Shown piece by piece: positions 42,681 through 52,765 of a stretch of DNA of 64,000 nt. Every line of letters begins with the position of its first letter. Position 1 is the first letter of the stretch. Source of the stretch: an uncultured Gemmatimonadales bacterium. Lineage in GTDB: Bacteria; Gemmatimonadota; Gemmatimonadetes; Gemmatimonadales; GWC2-71-9. The position numbers and the translations under genes were made by a program. Below the pieces are notes generated by a model. That model saw only the letters and a list, made by a program, of their open reading frames with translations, was not told where the DNA came from and did not search any database. The DNA is taken from the NCBI GenBank assembly GCA_963771275.1, contig CAVYSW010000009.1, positions 96,001 to 160,000 on the forward strand. The letters run 5' to 3'.

Positions 42681-43330
42681 GCGTGTCAATGAACGTACCA
42701 GGGAATTCACCACGCGGTCAAAGAGCCCTTCCTCCGCGAACGTACCGGGTCCGACAGCTTGAGCGCCGGTTGTTTCGCGGCCTGCGTCAAGCCGTGCCTG
42801 ATCGACGACCTCCAAGTCCCGCTCCCACCGCCACACGGGTCCATCGACAGGGTCGACGACCGTGCCGGCGTGGTGGAACCCGCACTTGAGCAGGACACGC
42901 GTCGAGGGGTTCGTGGTGGGCAACGTGTGGGCGCGCACCAGCCGGACCTGGCCGCTCCTGACCGCGAACTGGACGAGGGCCGCTGCGGCCTCAGTGGCAT
43001 AGCCATGACCCTCGAAGCTCGGCACGATGCCGTAGGCGATCTCGACGGTGCCGGTGGAGTCGGGCGGGCCAGTGAATCCGGCACTGCCAATGACCACCCC
43101 GCGTTCACGGTAGAGCACGAAGAAGCCGTGGCGCCAGGGATCTGGGCCCACGGAGGTGCGAAGCGTGGCGAGCCACGTGGGGGAGACCTGATCTGACACG
43201 AAGAACGCTCGGAGGCCGTCGGCGGGGCGGAGGCCAGCCACCTGCTCAAAGCGCAGCGGATCGTCGATCAACGCGACGACGTGCTCGGGTGAGCACGGAA
43301 CGAGGGTGAGGCGGAGGGTAGTGATTGCGA
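42672..43330 (-). CDS. GNAT acetyltransferase (RimJ/RimL-like), start codon unclear (possibly degraded)
   Basis: TLRLTLVP N-terminal strand, VEIAYGIVPSFEGHGYATEA, N..S.RVLLKCGF. Confidence 0.7.
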
Positions 43331-43368
43331 CGATACGCGGACGATCGTTTTGGCAGGTGCACGTCCGG

Positions 43369-43710
43369 TCAGTCGACCGTTATTACGACTTTTCCTCGAG
43401 CATGCCCTGCTTCCAGGTACCGGATCGCCGCCTGAACCTCGCTCAACCGGTAACGCCGGTCAATGACCGGTGTCAGCGTTCCGGCCTGCATGAGATCGAC
43501 GCTCCGTTAATCAAGACCTTCTGCCCCGCCGCGATCTTCCCCTGGTCACGAAGACCCTGTAATGCCGTGATGGCCGCCACGGGTACGGCGGCGGCCTGCT
43601 CGAACGTCACGTTACCGGGTTTCAGCACCACCGATCGATCCTCGCGAACCGACACATATTCCGCCAGCGCGCCGGTTCTCCCGCCGAACACCTCGTCGCC
43701 CGGCCAGAAC
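43369..43710 (-). pseudogene. Fragmented MDR-family (quinone oxidoreductase/ADH-like) gene
   Basis: PGDEVFG..GALAEY..KPGNVTFEQAAAVP..QKVLINGAS, then a jump in another frame to the C-terminal LTPVIDRRY.L.EV..AIRYLEAGHARGKVVI; N-terminus and middle missing. Confidence 0.8.
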
Positions 43711-43841
43711 CAGGGAAATCGCGCCCGCACTCCACTTCGCCGCCCACGCAAACGTCTGGGCTTTCGCACCCCGGAGGAATGCTAGGTCCCCTAACCCTCA
43801 CTGTTGCACTTCGAAGTTGACTCTGAGCCTCTTGCGTGAGG

Positions 43842-44183
43842 CTAGAGATCGAGCACAAGCCGGAGGCCGGTGTCCACCCGCCGCAGGGTGGCCGCATCCA
43901 ACCTCCCCGACAATTCCTGAAGGGCGCTGCGATCGAGCGTGATCACCTGCGAGACGTTGGCGACCGAGTCGCGCGGCAGGCCGGAGACCTGTGCGGGCAC
44001 CAGGACGTTTCCTGGAGCATCCAACAACCGGACATTGGAGGTCAGGACAACGGCGATGACGGTCTGGATGCGACTGCGGTTAAACGCATCTGCCTGCACA
44101 ATGAGAACAGGACGGCGAAAGCCGGGCTCCGATCCACTGGGCTCGCCGAGGCCGGCCCACCAAATCGTGCCCCGCGCGATCAC
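43842..44183 (-). CDS. mazF: PemK/MazF-family endoribonuclease toxin
   Basis: RGTIWW..L.EP.GSEPG.RRPVLIVQ.D.FN, LTSN, GLPRDS..N.SQ..TLD. Confidence 0.93.
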   Translation of the reverse strand: MIARGTIWWAGLGEPSGSEPGFRRPVLIVQADAFNRSRIQTVIAVVLTSNVRLLDAPGNVLVPAQVSGLPRDSVANVSQVITLDRSALQELSGRLDAATLRRVDTGLRLVLDL

Positions 44184-44416
44184 CAGGCATCCGTGGCGAG
44201 CGCCCGAACCTGGGCGTGGCGCACGGCGGGGTCGAGGGCGCTGGACTCGGCCGAATAGACGGCATCCAGCCGCGCCGTGACCTTGCGGCCTTGGTGCTTG
44301 GCCAGAAACTCGGCGAGGGCGGTCGCGAACAAATGACTGCGGGAAACCCCAAGGCGCTCCGCAAGGGCTTCGGCGGACGCGAAGAGGTCATCGGGAAGGG
44401 AGATGGCGGTTTTCAT
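44180..44416 (-). CDS. Ribbon-helix-helix antitoxin (MazE/ChpI-like)
   Basis: MKTAISLPDDLF..AE.LA..LGVSRS.L; stop overlaps the toxin start (GTGA). Confidence 0.9.
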   Translation of the reverse strand: MKTAISLPDDLFASAEALAERLGVSRSHLFATALAEFLAKHQGRKVTARLDAVYSAESSALDPAVRHAQVRALATDAW

Positions 44417-44478
44417 ACTCTAGTATAACACAGGTATAACAATAACGCAAGAGGCCTTAGGCGGCTCCTCTCCTGAAG

Positions 44479-45066
44479 TCATTTCAGGCTCTGGCAGACG
44501 GAGGTGCGATACAGCGCTCGGAGACTGCGGCGCGCTCCATCATCAAGCTGTCGTACCCGATCGTCGACCACGATGGCGATCCGTCGCGCCTGAACTGTGC
44601 GCAAGAAGTCACCGTGTGCAAGATGGATGGAGAGCGGCAACACGACATGATCGCGGGGCCCTACGTAGCTGCCGATCGTGACAGGATAGGGACCGAGGGT
44701 GATGGAGTCGTCGAGGCGCACGTGCGCGGGTGAGGCGCGAGCCCCGTCAAGATAGGGGAACGCCTCGGGCGCGCGCAGGAAGATCGTAACCGTGGGATCC
44801 GGTGAGGGGTACGGACCGCGGCCAAAGAATGTGACGTCAGCTTGAAGGCCGCTTCTGGACAGGGGACTAAAGGGACCGCCGGCGACGAGCCTACCGACAT
44901 CTTCGGTCTCGCTGTAGAACCCACGGAGGTCACCGCGCCCGTCACCTCCCTTGGGACCGAGCAGACTGTCCGCCAGGGGGCACGACGGAATCCGCACCGG
45001 CCGGTAAGGGCTCTGAGCGCAAACAGCGCCGGGGAACATGAAGGCCGTGGTCCAAAGCGCGAGCAA
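44479..45066 (-). CDS. Hypothetical protein (possibly secreted; start uncertain)
   Basis: 195 aa ORF with plausible composition; no recognised motif. Confidence 0.45.
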   Translation of the reverse strand: MLALWTTAFMFPGAVCAQSPYRPVRIPSCPLADSLLGPKGGDGRGDLRGFYSETEDVGRLVAGGPFSPLSRSGLQADVTFFGRGPYPSPDPTVTIFLRAPEAFPYLDGARASPAHVRLDDSITLGPYPVTIGSYVGPRDHVVLPLSIHLAHGDFLRTVQARRIAIVVDDRVRQLDDGARRSLRALYRTSVCQSLK

Positions 45067-45195
45067 TCCGTCGCACCAGGATTCGGCGGACCACGCCGCT
45101 TCTTGCCTCGGGCTCCAAACTGCCCGCGCTCACCTCAGCCGCGCGCTCCTGCTGCTCACGCACGCGCTCACTCGTCGCACCCTGCAGTTTCGATC

Positions 45196-45270
45196 GCTAT
45201 CCCCGTTTCCCATTTCCCTTTTCACTTTTCACTTTCGCTTTTCGCTTTTCGCTTTTCGCTCTCCACTGTT
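45196..45270. repeat. Degenerate 7-bp pyrimidine-rich tandem repeats (TTTCCCx / TTTTCAC / TTTTCGC)
   Basis: Directly visible just downstream of the SSS gene stop, at the edge of the accessory patch. Confidence 0.8.
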
Positions 45271-47033
45271 CACTCGAACCTCACCCGCGGCAGCATCCTG
45301 AACAGTCCCACCCCACCCAACACCGCCCCCCCCGCGCAGAGCACGCCGAGTGCCGTCCGGCCGTAGAGCAGAAACCCGGTCCCGAACAACACGCCGTACA
45401 CCGTGACACAGCCGAGGAACCAGCACGCGAACGCGGCGGCGAGGCTGTCCTGCTCCACGGCCGCGGTGCGCACGACCTTGCGCCACCCGTGGCCGAACGG
45501 CCGGATCCGGTCGTAGAATGTCTGCAGCGTCGCGGTGTCGGCCGGTGCCGTGAGCAGCGTCACGGTGACCCACCCCACGGTGGTGATCGCCACGCCGATC
45601 AACAGCGTCGCCCACGCGTCGAGCGGCGCGAATCCCAGCGCGGTGTGGATGAACTGGAAGTAGATCGCCACGAGGAACGAGATGATCATTCCGGAGATCT
45701 CGCTCCACGCATTGATCCGCCACCAGAACCAGCGCAGCAGGAAGATCAGCCCCGTGCCGGCGCCGATCTGCAGCAGGATCTTGAACGTCTCCAGCGCGCT
45801 CTCGAGCCACAGGGAGAGGGCCGCCGACAGGATCACCAGGACGACGGTCGCCAGCCGTCCGACCGTGACGTAGTGCCGGTCCGAGCGACCGGGCTTGAGG
45901 AATCGCCGGTAGAAATCGTCCACGATGTATGACGATCCCCAGTTGAGGTGGGTCGCGATCGTGGACATGTACGCCGCCGCGAGCGACGCCACCATGAGCC
46001 CGAGCATGCCGTGCGGCAGGAACACCAGCATCGCCGGGTAGCCGAGGTCGTTCCGGATGATCTTGGGATCGAGATGCGGGAACGCCCGCGCGATGCTCGC
46101 AAGATCCGGGTAGACGACGATCGAGGCCAGCGCCACGATCACCCACGGCCACGGCCGGAGCGCGTAGTGGGCGATGTTGAACCACAGGGTCGCCTTCATC
46201 GCGTGCCGCTCGTCCTTGGCCGCGAGCATGCGCTGCGCGATGTAGCCGCCGCCCCCCGGCTCCGCTCCGGGGTACCACGTGCTCCACCACTGCACGGCGA
46301 TCGGGATGACGAACACCGCCAGCGCGGTGTGCCAGTCGCCGAAGTCCGGCAGGAACCCCAGCTTGGGGTGCACCGCCGGGTTGGCCAGCAGGCCCTGGAG
46401 GCCCCCCACGGCGGGATGGTGCAGCGCGTAGAACGCCGCCGCGAACGCCCCGATCATCGCGATCCCGAACTGCAGGAAGTCGGTGACGACGACGCCCCAC
46501 AGGCCGGACGACGCCGCGTAGACCATGGTGCTGCCCGCGGCCACGAGCACGGTCGTGTACTTGTCGAGCCCGAGCAGCACGCCCGCGATCTTGATGGCCG
46601 CGAGCGTGACGCTCGCCATGATCACGACGTTGAAGAACACGCCCAGGTAGAGCGCGCGGAACCCGCGGAGAAACGCGGCCGGCCGCCCGGAGTAGCGCAG
46701 CTCGTAGAAGCCCATGTCCGTGAGCACGCGCGACCGGCGCCACAGCTTGGCGTAGAAGAACACGGTGCACATGCCGGTGAGCAGAAACGCCCACCACAGC
46801 CAGTTCTGGCGCACGCCCCCCGTGCGGACCATGTCGGTCACGAGGTTCGGCGTGTCGGTCGAGAAGGTCGTCGCGACCATGGACGTGCCGAGCAGCCACC
46901 AGGGCAACGACCGGCCGGAGAGGAAGAACTCCTGCATGCCGCTCCCCGCGCGGCGCGTGTACGCGAGCCCGACGGCGATGGAGATCACGCCGTACACGAT
47001 GATCACCATCCAGTCCACCGTCACGAGCTGCAT
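45270..47033 (-). CDS. Sodium:solute symporter (sugar-type)
   Basis: FFLSGRSLPWW..GTSMVATTFSTDTP, GLWGVVVTD, GGGYIAQRML, AAYMST..THLNWG. Confidence 0.92.
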   Translation of the reverse strand: MQLVTVDWMVIIVYGVISIAVGLAYTRRAGSGMQEFFLSGRSLPWWLLGTSMVATTFSTDTPNLVTDMVRTGGVRQNWLWWAFLLTGMCTVFFYAKLWRRSRVLTDMGFYELRYSGRPAAFLRGFRALYLGVFFNVVIMASVTLAAIKIAGVLLGLDKYTTVLVAAGSTMVYAASSGLWGVVVTDFLQFGIAMIGAFAAAFYALHHPAVGGLQGLLANPAVHPKLGFLPDFGDWHTALAVFVIPIAVQWWSTWYPGAEPGGGGYIAQRMLAAKDERHAMKATLWFNIAHYALRPWPWVIVALASIVVYPDLASIARAFPHLDPKIIRNDLGYPAMLVFLPHGMLGLMVASLAAAYMSTIATHLNWGSSYIVDDFYRRFLKPGRSDRHYVTVGRLATVVLVILSAALSLWLESALETFKILLQIGAGTGLIFLLRWFWWRINAWSEISGMIISFLVAIYFQFIHTALGFAPLDAWATLLIGVAITTVGWVTVTLLTAPADTATLQTFYDRIRPFGHGWRKVVRTAAVEQDSLAAAFACWFLGCVTVYGVLFGTGFLLYGRTALGVLCAGGAVLGGVGLFRMLPRVRFE

Positions 47034-47035
47034 GA

Positions 47036-47956
47036 TCAGGCACGCTCCTGGACCGCGCGCACCGGCGCGGCAAGCGGTTCGGGATAGCGGCCGGCCCGCG
47101 TCAGCGCGCCGATGCGCGCGACCACGGCAGCCCGGTCGTCCGGGTAGGTGACGCCCATCCACGCCTCGGCCGTCGGCAGCACGCGCAGCACGATGCGCCC
47201 GGCCGCCACGAGGTCGTTCACGGCGGTGCTGATCAGAAACTCGGCCTTGGCGTCACCGCCCTGGGCGCCGAGAAACGCCGCGAACCCCTCCCGCAGCAGC
47301 GGGAAGATCGCGGGCGTGAAGCCCCAGAGGTTCATCGAGACCACGGCGTCCGGCGCCAGCGTCATTGCGGCGCCCGCCCCGTCGCGCCCCGTGAGCACCC
47401 CGCCCTGCTCGCGCGCCTCGAGCACCTCGGTGACCCGCGTCAGGCACCCGGCGGCATCGGTCTCGCACACCCCGCGCGACACGCCGCCGAACGCGGAGAG
47501 CGTCCCGCGGAGCGCGTACCCGATCAGGGCCTGCTCGCCAGCCGCTTCCGCCCGGCCCAGGTGGCGCGCCAGCGCCGCGTACGCGTCCGCGCCGTAGAAA
47601 TCGTCCGCGTTGCACACCGCGAACGGCCCGCCGACGAGTGCCTCGGCGGCGAGCACGGCGTGCGCCGTGCCCCACGGCTTGACGCGCGCGGGCGCGGCCT
47701 GGGGGACCAGGAACGTCAGCTCCTGATAGGCGTACCGCAGGTCCGTGCCGCGCCAGCGCGGCTCCAGATGGGCCCGGAACTGCGCCTCGAGCTCGCGCCG
47801 GATCACCAGCACCACCCGCCCAAAGCCCGCCCGCAGCGCGTCATGCACGGCGTACTCGAGCAGCGACTCGCCCGCCGGCCCGAGCGGCTCGAGCTGCTTG
47901 AGCCGGCCGTATCGGGTGGATATCCCCGCGGCGAGAATGACGAGCGAAAAGCTCAC
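47036..47956 (-). CDS. Sugar-phosphate nucleotidyltransferase
   Basis: LVILAAGISTRYG.LKQ, KPWGTAHA, NADDFYG, VSRGVC, SMNLWGF, W.GVTY.DD; GTG start inferred. Confidence 0.88.
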   Translation of the reverse strand: MSFSLVILAAGISTRYGRLKQLEPLGPAGESLLEYAVHDALRAGFGRVVLVIRRELEAQFRAHLEPRWRGTDLRYAYQELTFLVPQAAPARVKPWGTAHAVLAAEALVGGPFAVCNADDFYGADAYAALARHLGRAEAAGEQALIGYALRGTLSAFGGVSRGVCETDAAGCLTRVTEVLEAREQGGVLTGRDGAGAAMTLAPDAVVSMNLWGFTPAIFPLLREGFAAFLGAQGGDAKAEFLISTAVNDLVAAGRIVLRVLPTAEAWMGVTYPDDRAAVVARIGALTRAGRYPEPLAAPVRAVQERA

Positions 47957-47968
47957 CGGTAGCCAAGA

Positions 47969-48050
47969 GAACCGGGAACCGGGAACCGGGAACCGCGACA
48001 CCGATCGCGACCCGATTCCACGTTTCCCGTTTCCCCTTTCCCGTTCCCCA
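47969..48050. repeat. Inverted 7-bp repeat arrays (GGGAACC x3-4 facing TTTCCCx x4)
   Basis: Directly visible between the M28 stop and the nucleotidyltransferase start. Confidence 0.8.
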
Positions 48051-48051
48051 T

Positions 48052-49581
48052 CTAGTTCGTGGCGGGCGGTTTCGGCTTCCGCGGCACCATCTCGTCGCGA
48101 TTCGCCAGCGCCCACGCCGTCGCCGCGACGACCACGGCGGCCTGCTCGAGGTCGTCGAGCTGCAGGTGGTCGTACACGTCGAGGAACGTGTGATGCGTCT
48201 GGGCGCTGTAGGCGATCGGATCCTGGATGAAGTTGAAGCCGGGGATCCCCGCGGCATCGAACGCCAGGTGGTCGGTCCCGCCGGTGTTGCCGTGCTTCAC
48301 GGCGACCACGCCGAGGTCGCGGAACGGCCAGAGGATCTGCTCGAAGATCGGGATCGCGGCCTCGTTGGACTGATCCCAGATGCCGCGGATCTTGCCCGTA
48401 CCGTTGTCCACGTTGAGGTAGGCGGAGATCTTTGCGTGCATCTCGGGGTGCTTCGCCACCCAGCCGCGCGAGCCCAGCAGGCCCTGCTCCTCCGCGCTCC
48501 ACAGCCCGATCCGGATCGTGCGGCGCGGCTGGAGGCCGAGCGTCTTGAGGATCCGCATCGCCTCCATCATGACCACGACGCCGGCGGCGTCGTCCGCCGC
48601 GCCCGTGCCGAAATGCCACGAATCGAGGTGCCCACCCAGCATGACGTACTCGTCGGCCTTGGCGCCGCCGGGGAGGTCGGCGAGCGTATTGTACGCCTGG
48701 AGATCGCCGGGGAAGAACCGATTCCTCACGTTGAGCTCCAGGCTCACCGGCACGCCGCGCTCGACGTTGCGATACACCTGCGCATACTGCTCCTGCGAGA
48801 CGATCAGCTCGGGCAGCGGCTCGGGGTTCCCGGGATCCCGGCCCGCGGTGTTGCCGCCGCCGGCGAGGATGCCGTACGCCCGCGACGACGGCACGAGCAC
48901 GGCGAGCACGCCTTCGGCGCGGAACAGCCTGTCGGCCGAATCCCGCACCGCCCGCATCTGGCGGAACCGCCCCATCTGTCGCTCACGGTCCGCCGGGTTG
49001 CGAGCCAGCGTCGGCTCGGGTGGCGGGCCGAGCAGATCGTCCAGCGAGGTGCGCGACGCCGGCGCCTCCCACGCCTCGCGGATCGCGGGCCGGGGTTGGA
49101 GCAGGACCACGGTGCCCTTGAGCTTGCCCCGGTACTGCGCCAGGTCCGCGACGCTGTCCACCTTCACCACGACGGCCGTGCCCGTGACCGTCCCCTTGGT
49201 GCTGCCGGTCCAGCCCGTGGGGATCGCCTGGAGTCCCTGCACGTAGGGGGTGAGCATCCGGCCGCTGTAGGCGACGCGCTCCCACCCCTGCCCGAACTCG
49301 CCCCACGGCTCGACCATCACGTTCACGAAGCCCCAGCCGCGCAGCTTGTCGGCCGTCCAGTCGAGCGCGGTCCGCATGGCCGGCGACCCGGTGAGCCGCG
49401 GCCCGATCACGTCGGTGAGGTAGCCGGCGAGGTCGGGGACCTGCGACCGCTGGAGTCCCTCCTCACGGATCTTCTGGACGACGGCCAGATCGACCCGTTC
49501 CTGGGCCACCTGGGCGCGGGCGGACGGCGCGGCGAAACCGACCGCGCCGCACAGCACGATCGCACGAACGTACCGGTGCAT
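48052..49581 (-). CDS. M28 family metallopeptidase (carboxypeptidase Q-like), secreted
   Basis: IGPRLTGS, GGHLDSW..GTGA.DD..G, WSAEEQGLLGS, TDH, HHT..D. Confidence 0.92.
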   Translation of the reverse strand: MHRYVRAIVLCGAVGFAAPSARAQVAQERVDLAVVQKIREEGLQRSQVPDLAGYLTDVIGPRLTGSPAMRTALDWTADKLRGWGFVNVMVEPWGEFGQGWERVAYSGRMLTPYVQGLQAIPTGWTGSTKGTVTGTAVVVKVDSVADLAQYRGKLKGTVVLLQPRPAIREAWEAPASRTSLDDLLGPPPEPTLARNPADRERQMGRFRQMRAVRDSADRLFRAEGVLAVLVPSSRAYGILAGGGNTAGRDPGNPEPLPELIVSQEQYAQVYRNVERGVPVSLELNVRNRFFPGDLQAYNTLADLPGGAKADEYVMLGGHLDSWHFGTGAADDAAGVVVMMEAMRILKTLGLQPRRTIRIGLWSAEEQGLLGSRGWVAKHPEMHAKISAYLNVDNGTGKIRGIWDQSNEAAIPIFEQILWPFRDLGVVAVKHGNTGGTDHLAFDAAGIPGFNFIQDPIAYSAQTHHTFLDVYDHLQLDDLEQAAVVVAATAWALANRDEMVPRKPKPPATN

Positions 49582-49763
49582 GGTGGGTCCTTTCCCGTAT
49601 CCTGCGGAGCGCTGCGGCGGCGGGCCGGACCGCGGGTCCGGCCGATGACCGCGCGAAACATGTCCTGCCGAGGCACGCGCGGCAACCGCGGGCGGAACGC
49701 ACGCGGGGGCCGGATCGCTCCGGCCCCCGAGCCGCGCCCACCAGCCGCGCGGTGCCTTGCGGT

Positions 49764-51869
49764 TCAGCGCCCGCCGAGCAGCTCGTCGGCGAGCGGGCCC
49801 GCGTTGTACACCTTGCGCAGGCCTTCGATGATGCCGCGCACGTCCACCCACACCGAGCGGCTCACCGCCTCGGTGAAGAGGAAGCGGTTCGGCAGCATCT
49901 CGATGTTCCCGTCGAAAATCAGGCCGACGATCTCGCCGTCACGGTTGACCACGGGACTGCCCGAGTTGCCGCCAATGATGTCGTTCGTGGAGACCGCATC
50001 GAGCGGCGTGGCCAGGTTGAGCTTCTCCCGCGCGTCGATCCAGCGGGACGTGAGGTTCCAGGGTTCCTGGCCCGCGAACCCGGCCCAGCGGTCGAACAGG
50101 CCATAGAACGTCGTGTACGGCGCGGCGTCGGTCCCGTTGTACGGGTAGCGCTTGATCTCGCCGTCCGAGATGCGGAGGCTGAACGTCGCGTCCGGCGCGA
50201 CCGAATTGCCGAACACGGCGAGCAGCGCGCGCGCGACGCGGGTGTCCTGCTGCGCCTCGCGATCCTGCAGGTCCGTCACCTTGGCGCTCATCTCGCGCTC
50301 CAGCGGCTCGATCACGCGGGCCAGCGCGATGAATGGGTCCGTCGAGGCGGCGATCGCCGCGGCGCCGCCGTTCACCAGCCGCCCGGCCTCACCCGCCTGT
50401 GTGAGCGACGTGCCCGCCACCATGGCCTGGGCCGCCGCCTCGGGCGTCCGGTTCCCCAGCACGGCGCGCCGGACGGGATCCGTCGCGGGAAGCCCGGCGG
50501 CCATTTGAGCGAAGTACGCGGCGAGCATCCGCTGCTCGAGCTCCTTGTCCACCGCCTCGAGCCCCCCGAGCGTCCGGTCGAGCATGCGCCGGCTGGCATC
50601 CCGGTAGATGCGCGCCCGCTCGCCGTCGGGCTTCGCCATCTCGATCGGGTAGCGCACGATGACGCCCGCCGCCGCCATCAGGCTGGAGCCGAAGGCGTTG
50701 AAGCCGTAGAACCGCCGCTTCACGTCCAGGGCGGCGAGATCACGGCGCATCTGCGCGATCAGGTCCCACGCGGAGCCATACTCCCCCTTGAGCTTGGGAT
50801 CCGCGTCCACCCTGGCGCGGAAGCTCTTCTCCCAGGCCTGCTTCTGCGCCATGAGCTTGGGGTCCAGCAGACCGGACTGGTAGCCCTTGGTGGCCTTCTG
50901 GCTGTTCTCCAGGCCGAACACCGTGTTGCGGAACGCCTTGGCGCGCTCGGGATCGGCGTTGCCGAGCTCGTGCAGCACCGCGATCTGCCGCGCGTACCCG
51001 TCGAGGGTCGCCGGGTACTGCACGTCGCGCAGGTACTCGAGCTGCGCCATCGTGTTCAGCCGTCCGGTCGACCCGGGGTTCCCGACCACGAAGACGAGGT
51101 CGTTCTCCTTCGAGCCGTTCGCGCTCCACCGGAAGTAGTCGGTGTGCACCGGCTGGCCGTTGTCGTAGGCGCGGTAGATGCTCAGGTCCAGGTCGTGGCG
51201 GGGGTACGTGAAGTTGTCCGGGTCGCCGCCGAAAAAGGCCGCCTGGCCCTCGGGCGCGAACACCAGCCGGACGTCGGTATAGCGCCGGAACGTGTAGAGC
51301 TTGAACTGCCCGCCGCGGTACATCGAGACGACCTGACAGTAGAGCCCCAGGCCGGTCGCGGCGCAGCGGTCCTGGATCGCGGTGATCGCCGTGGCGCGCA
51401 GATCGGCCGCCCGCGTGGGCGCGGCGGTCGCGGGCACCGCGGCGTTCACGCTGTCGGTGACGTCCCGGATCGACAACAGCTGGTCGAGCGTGAACCCCTG
51501 ACACGGCCGTTCCTCGTCGCGCGTCCGCGCGTAGAAGCCGTCCGACAGCAGGTCCTCGCCCTCGCGCGTCACGCCCTCGATGCAGCGCCGCGCGCAGTGG
51601 TGATTGGTCAGCACCAGTCCGTCCGCCGACACGAACGAGGCCGTGCAGCCGGGCTGGCGCAAGGCCGACATCCGGACGTGATCGAGCCACTGCGCCGACG
51701 GGCGGAAGTCGTAGCGCTTGGCCCAGTAGTCGAGCGGCGGCACGTCGAACGTCCACATCTTGCCGGTTTCAAGACCTGGATACTCGGTGCGCTGCTGCTG
51801 CGCCGCCACCGGGCGCGCCAGGACGAGCAGGAGCAGGACGCCGAAGAGCCGGGTTGGGAGACGCTTCAT
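49764..51869 (-). CDS. S46 family dipeptidyl peptidase
   Basis: GCTASFVS..GLVLTNHHC, FGGDPDNFTYPR, PDATFSLR, DIIGGNSGSP, FDGN. Confidence 0.93.
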   Translation of the reverse strand: MKRLPTRLFGVLLLLVLARPVAAQQQRTEYPGLETGKMWTFDVPPLDYWAKRYDFRPSAQWLDHVRMSALRQPGCTASFVSADGLVLTNHHCARRCIEGVTREGEDLLSDGFYARTRDEERPCQGFTLDQLLSIRDVTDSVNAAVPATAAPTRAADLRATAITAIQDRCAATGLGLYCQVVSMYRGGQFKLYTFRRYTDVRLVFAPEGQAAFFGGDPDNFTYPRHDLDLSIYRAYDNGQPVHTDYFRWSANGSKENDLVFVVGNPGSTGRLNTMAQLEYLRDVQYPATLDGYARQIAVLHELGNADPERAKAFRNTVFGLENSQKATKGYQSGLLDPKLMAQKQAWEKSFRARVDADPKLKGEYGSAWDLIAQMRRDLAALDVKRRFYGFNAFGSSLMAAAGVIVRYPIEMAKPDGERARIYRDASRRMLDRTLGGLEAVDKELEQRMLAAYFAQMAAGLPATDPVRRAVLGNRTPEAAAQAMVAGTSLTQAGEAGRLVNGGAAAIAASTDPFIALARVIEPLEREMSAKVTDLQDREAQQDTRVARALLAVFGNSVAPDATFSLRISDGEIKRYPYNGTDAAPYTTFYGLFDRWAGFAGQEPWNLTSRWIDAREKLNLATPLDAVSTNDIIGGNSGSPVVNRDGEIVGLIFDGNIEMLPNRFLFTEAVSRSVWVDVRGIIEGLRKVYNAGPLADELLGGR

Positions 51870-51999
51870 GGGACTCTTCTCCGTCAGGAAGGGAAAGCGT
51901 AGGTTTTCACGTCAGGCCACTGAGGATCATGGCCCCAGCATATCAAGAGAATCGGTGGGACCGGCAAATACCAGGGGGTGGGAGCACGGGCGCGGCTGA

Positions 52000-52035
52000 C
52001 GGGGAACCGGGAACCGGGAAGCGGGAACCGGGGGC
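52000..52035. repeat. GGGAACC-type 7-bp tandem repeat (about 4 copies)
   Basis: gggaacc gggaacc gggaagc gggaacc. Confidence 0.75.
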
Positions 52036-52053
52036 CGGGACCCGGCTGCTGTG

Positions 52054-52765
52054 CGACGTCCACGGGCGGATCACACACGTCTGTCTCGCGCTGCCGACAT
52101 ACCAGTCCGAGACCGTGCCCCGCCTGCTCGTGGACGAGCGCCACGTGGTGCTGGGCCGCTCGGTCGGCACGGGACCGCCGGCGCGTACCGCGGCCCGGAC
52201 CCTGCGGCGCCTGTTCGCGCCCCCCGGTGGCCGGGCAGCGCCCGCACTGTTGCGCGTGCCGGCCCGCTCGCGCCAGCCCAGCTCCCACCAGGACCTCTAC
52301 CTCACGCTCGCGGCACAGCCCGGGGGCCGCCAGTCGCGGCCTCGAGCGCGTGGCCCGGACGATGGCGGCCGCGGGCTACGAGGTCGTGCGCCTGCCCTAC
52401 GCCACGACGCGGCTGCCAGAGGCGCGCAGGGACAGCGTGATCACGTACAACAACGCAATGGTCGAGGTGCGGCCGGGGGCGGGCGGGCGGACCGCGCGGC
52501 GCGTGATTCTCGCGCGGTGCGGTACGGACGGCGGGGCGGACATGGCGGCGTTGGACGACGCCGCCGGTGCGGTGTGGCGCAGCTGGGGTTCGACGTGTGC
52601 TTCGCGGAAGGACCGTTCACCTGGCTCGGCATCTTCGAGGGCAGCGTCCACTGCCTCACCAAGGTGCTCACGCGGGCCGAACCCGCTACAGCAGCACGTC
52701 GTTCCGGAGCAGCTTCCGGACCCCCCACCACACGGCACCCAGCAGATTCGAGCGGCGGACGGTGA
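52054..52765 (+). pseudogene. Frameshifted pentein-superfamily (agmatine/peptidyl-arginine deiminase-like) remnant
   Basis: Joining two frames gives HQDLYLT ... GYEVVRLP ... ITYNNA ... WRQLGFDV ... GSVHCLTK, the HxD and GxxHCxT catalytic pattern; frameshifts near 52335 and 52580; no clear start. Confidence 0.55.
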
